Under the pieces are notes generated by a model. The model did no database searches. It was not told the DNA's origin and was given only the letters and a program-made list of their open reading frames with translations. Position numbers and translations under genes: made by a program. From assembly GCF_018350175.1 (NCBI RefSeq), contig NC_058373.1, positions 100,938,001-101,002,000 of the forward strand: 64,000 nt of DNA. The letters are read 5' to 3'. The DNA is from Felis catus (Eukaryota). This document shows, piece by piece, positions 62,746 to 64,000 of the stretch (positions within the stretch are counted from its first letter, which is position 1; each line of letters opens with the position of its first letter).

Positions 62746-64000
62746 AGCATGTCCAATTTTTAAATCTATCCTTTGACTTGTCCTCATCTTCCTGTCTCTG
62801 TGCTTTTGTGTGTGAAGTTTCCTTTGCCTGGAATGCTCTTCTCCCCACTTGCCATCTTGGCAGACCTCTGCTTATCTTTCATAACCGGAAAGTCTTCACC
62901 AACTGGCCCAAATGGAGTTAATCACCCTCATCCCTTGGTTCCCATGGTAGTGCAGTATAAATGTCAGAGCGCAGATGTCTTAGGGCAGACTCAGATCTGT
63001 GTGTAAATGTTTGTAAGGAAATTCCCAGGGGAAACTAGGAAAGGTGTGGGTGGGGGGTGGAGGGCAGGGGGGGGAGGAAGCCAAGTAACTGTGCAGTCAT
63101 GAAGTCCAACCAAAGATCCAATTTGCCCCATCTGCAGGCAGATTCAGGAACTCTATAAATCAAGTGTCAGTGTTTTCCTGACCATGGCAAAGGAACTAGT
63201 GTGTTCGAACTCTCACTTCCATCAGTTACTGGCTAAGGACCACCCAGGGAACATGCACTCCCAGACACTGGCCTCTCCATTTGTGTGGGTACAGGAGACT
63301 CAGAAGATAGTTCCCCAGGAAAGAGGGCAGGTTCTGGCTGTAGGAAGTTTTCTGTCTCATGGGATCGATGGGGCAGGCAGCACAAAAGTAGTGGAAAAGG
63401 ATCCTGAAGGATTTTTGGGCAGAAACATGAACATTAGACATCCAATGATACCCTCTACAAGGGGTGTGAGAATTGAGTCTATATGGGTTGCAAACCCAGA
63501 TCAATCTTATCCTAGAAAAGTGGCTGGTTTCCAGTCTCTGTAAAATTCAGAAAATAGTTACATCTTACTTTCAGACTTAAGGTAACAGACTTAATTTAAC
63601 ATACTTAAATATGATAATATGTCTAAAGTATTTAGCATAGTTGGGGTTTACTAGCAAAAAGTCAAAAATTGCATCTGTTATTAAAACATAGCGCTTTATT
63701 GTGATTTCTGACAATAAAAGTGCTGTCTGGCAATAATGTGATATCTGATTCTTCCACTGGCTTTGAGATTCTCTAGGGCAATAATATGCCTCATTGATCT
63801 TTAAGTCACTGGCACTTAAGCCAATGCTTGACCCCGAGTAGATATCAGATCAATAGTTCTTGAGTAAATGAATGATATACTCAACTTTGAACCTAATCTT
63901 TCTTATCATCTCTGATGACATGTTACATTGAAAAAGCTCTATTCATGTGTCTCTTTTTCCCCTTAGGCCATAACGGTAGGGTTTCTTACCCTTTTTGATT

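Noticed and set aside
1..64000. tRNA genes, CRISPR arrays or prokaryotic systems
   Set aside because: tRNA-like A/B boxes are all Can-SINE heads; no repeat-spacer arrays; the DNA is mammalian

Overview
Mammalian (carnivore, most likely felid) intronic/intergenic DNA. It is dominated by transposable elements: about 28 Can-SINEs including three very young Felis-type copies, a near full-length decayed carnivore L1 with intact target-site duplication (38897-46101), older L1/L2/MIR/CR1 relics, several solo LTRs and small DNA transposons. I found no intact protein-coding gene. A clear processed RPS3A pseudogene lies at ~58235-59003. The main hunt result is six collinear + strand exon-like relics between ~1970 and ~12900. 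With a few 1-nt frameshifts and stops they translate into TM1, TM1/ICL1, TM3, TM5, TM6 and TM7 segments of a GPR157 / cAMP-receptor-like 7TM receptor. This would be an ancient intron-containing (probably unitary) GPCR pseudogene, not GPR157 itself. The call rests on by-eye alignment to a GPR157 sequence recalled from memory and needs a profile search. Repeat-free blocks at ~13300-14050 and ~59150-60050 look like enhancers. Repeat subfamily names and most repeat boundaries are approximate.
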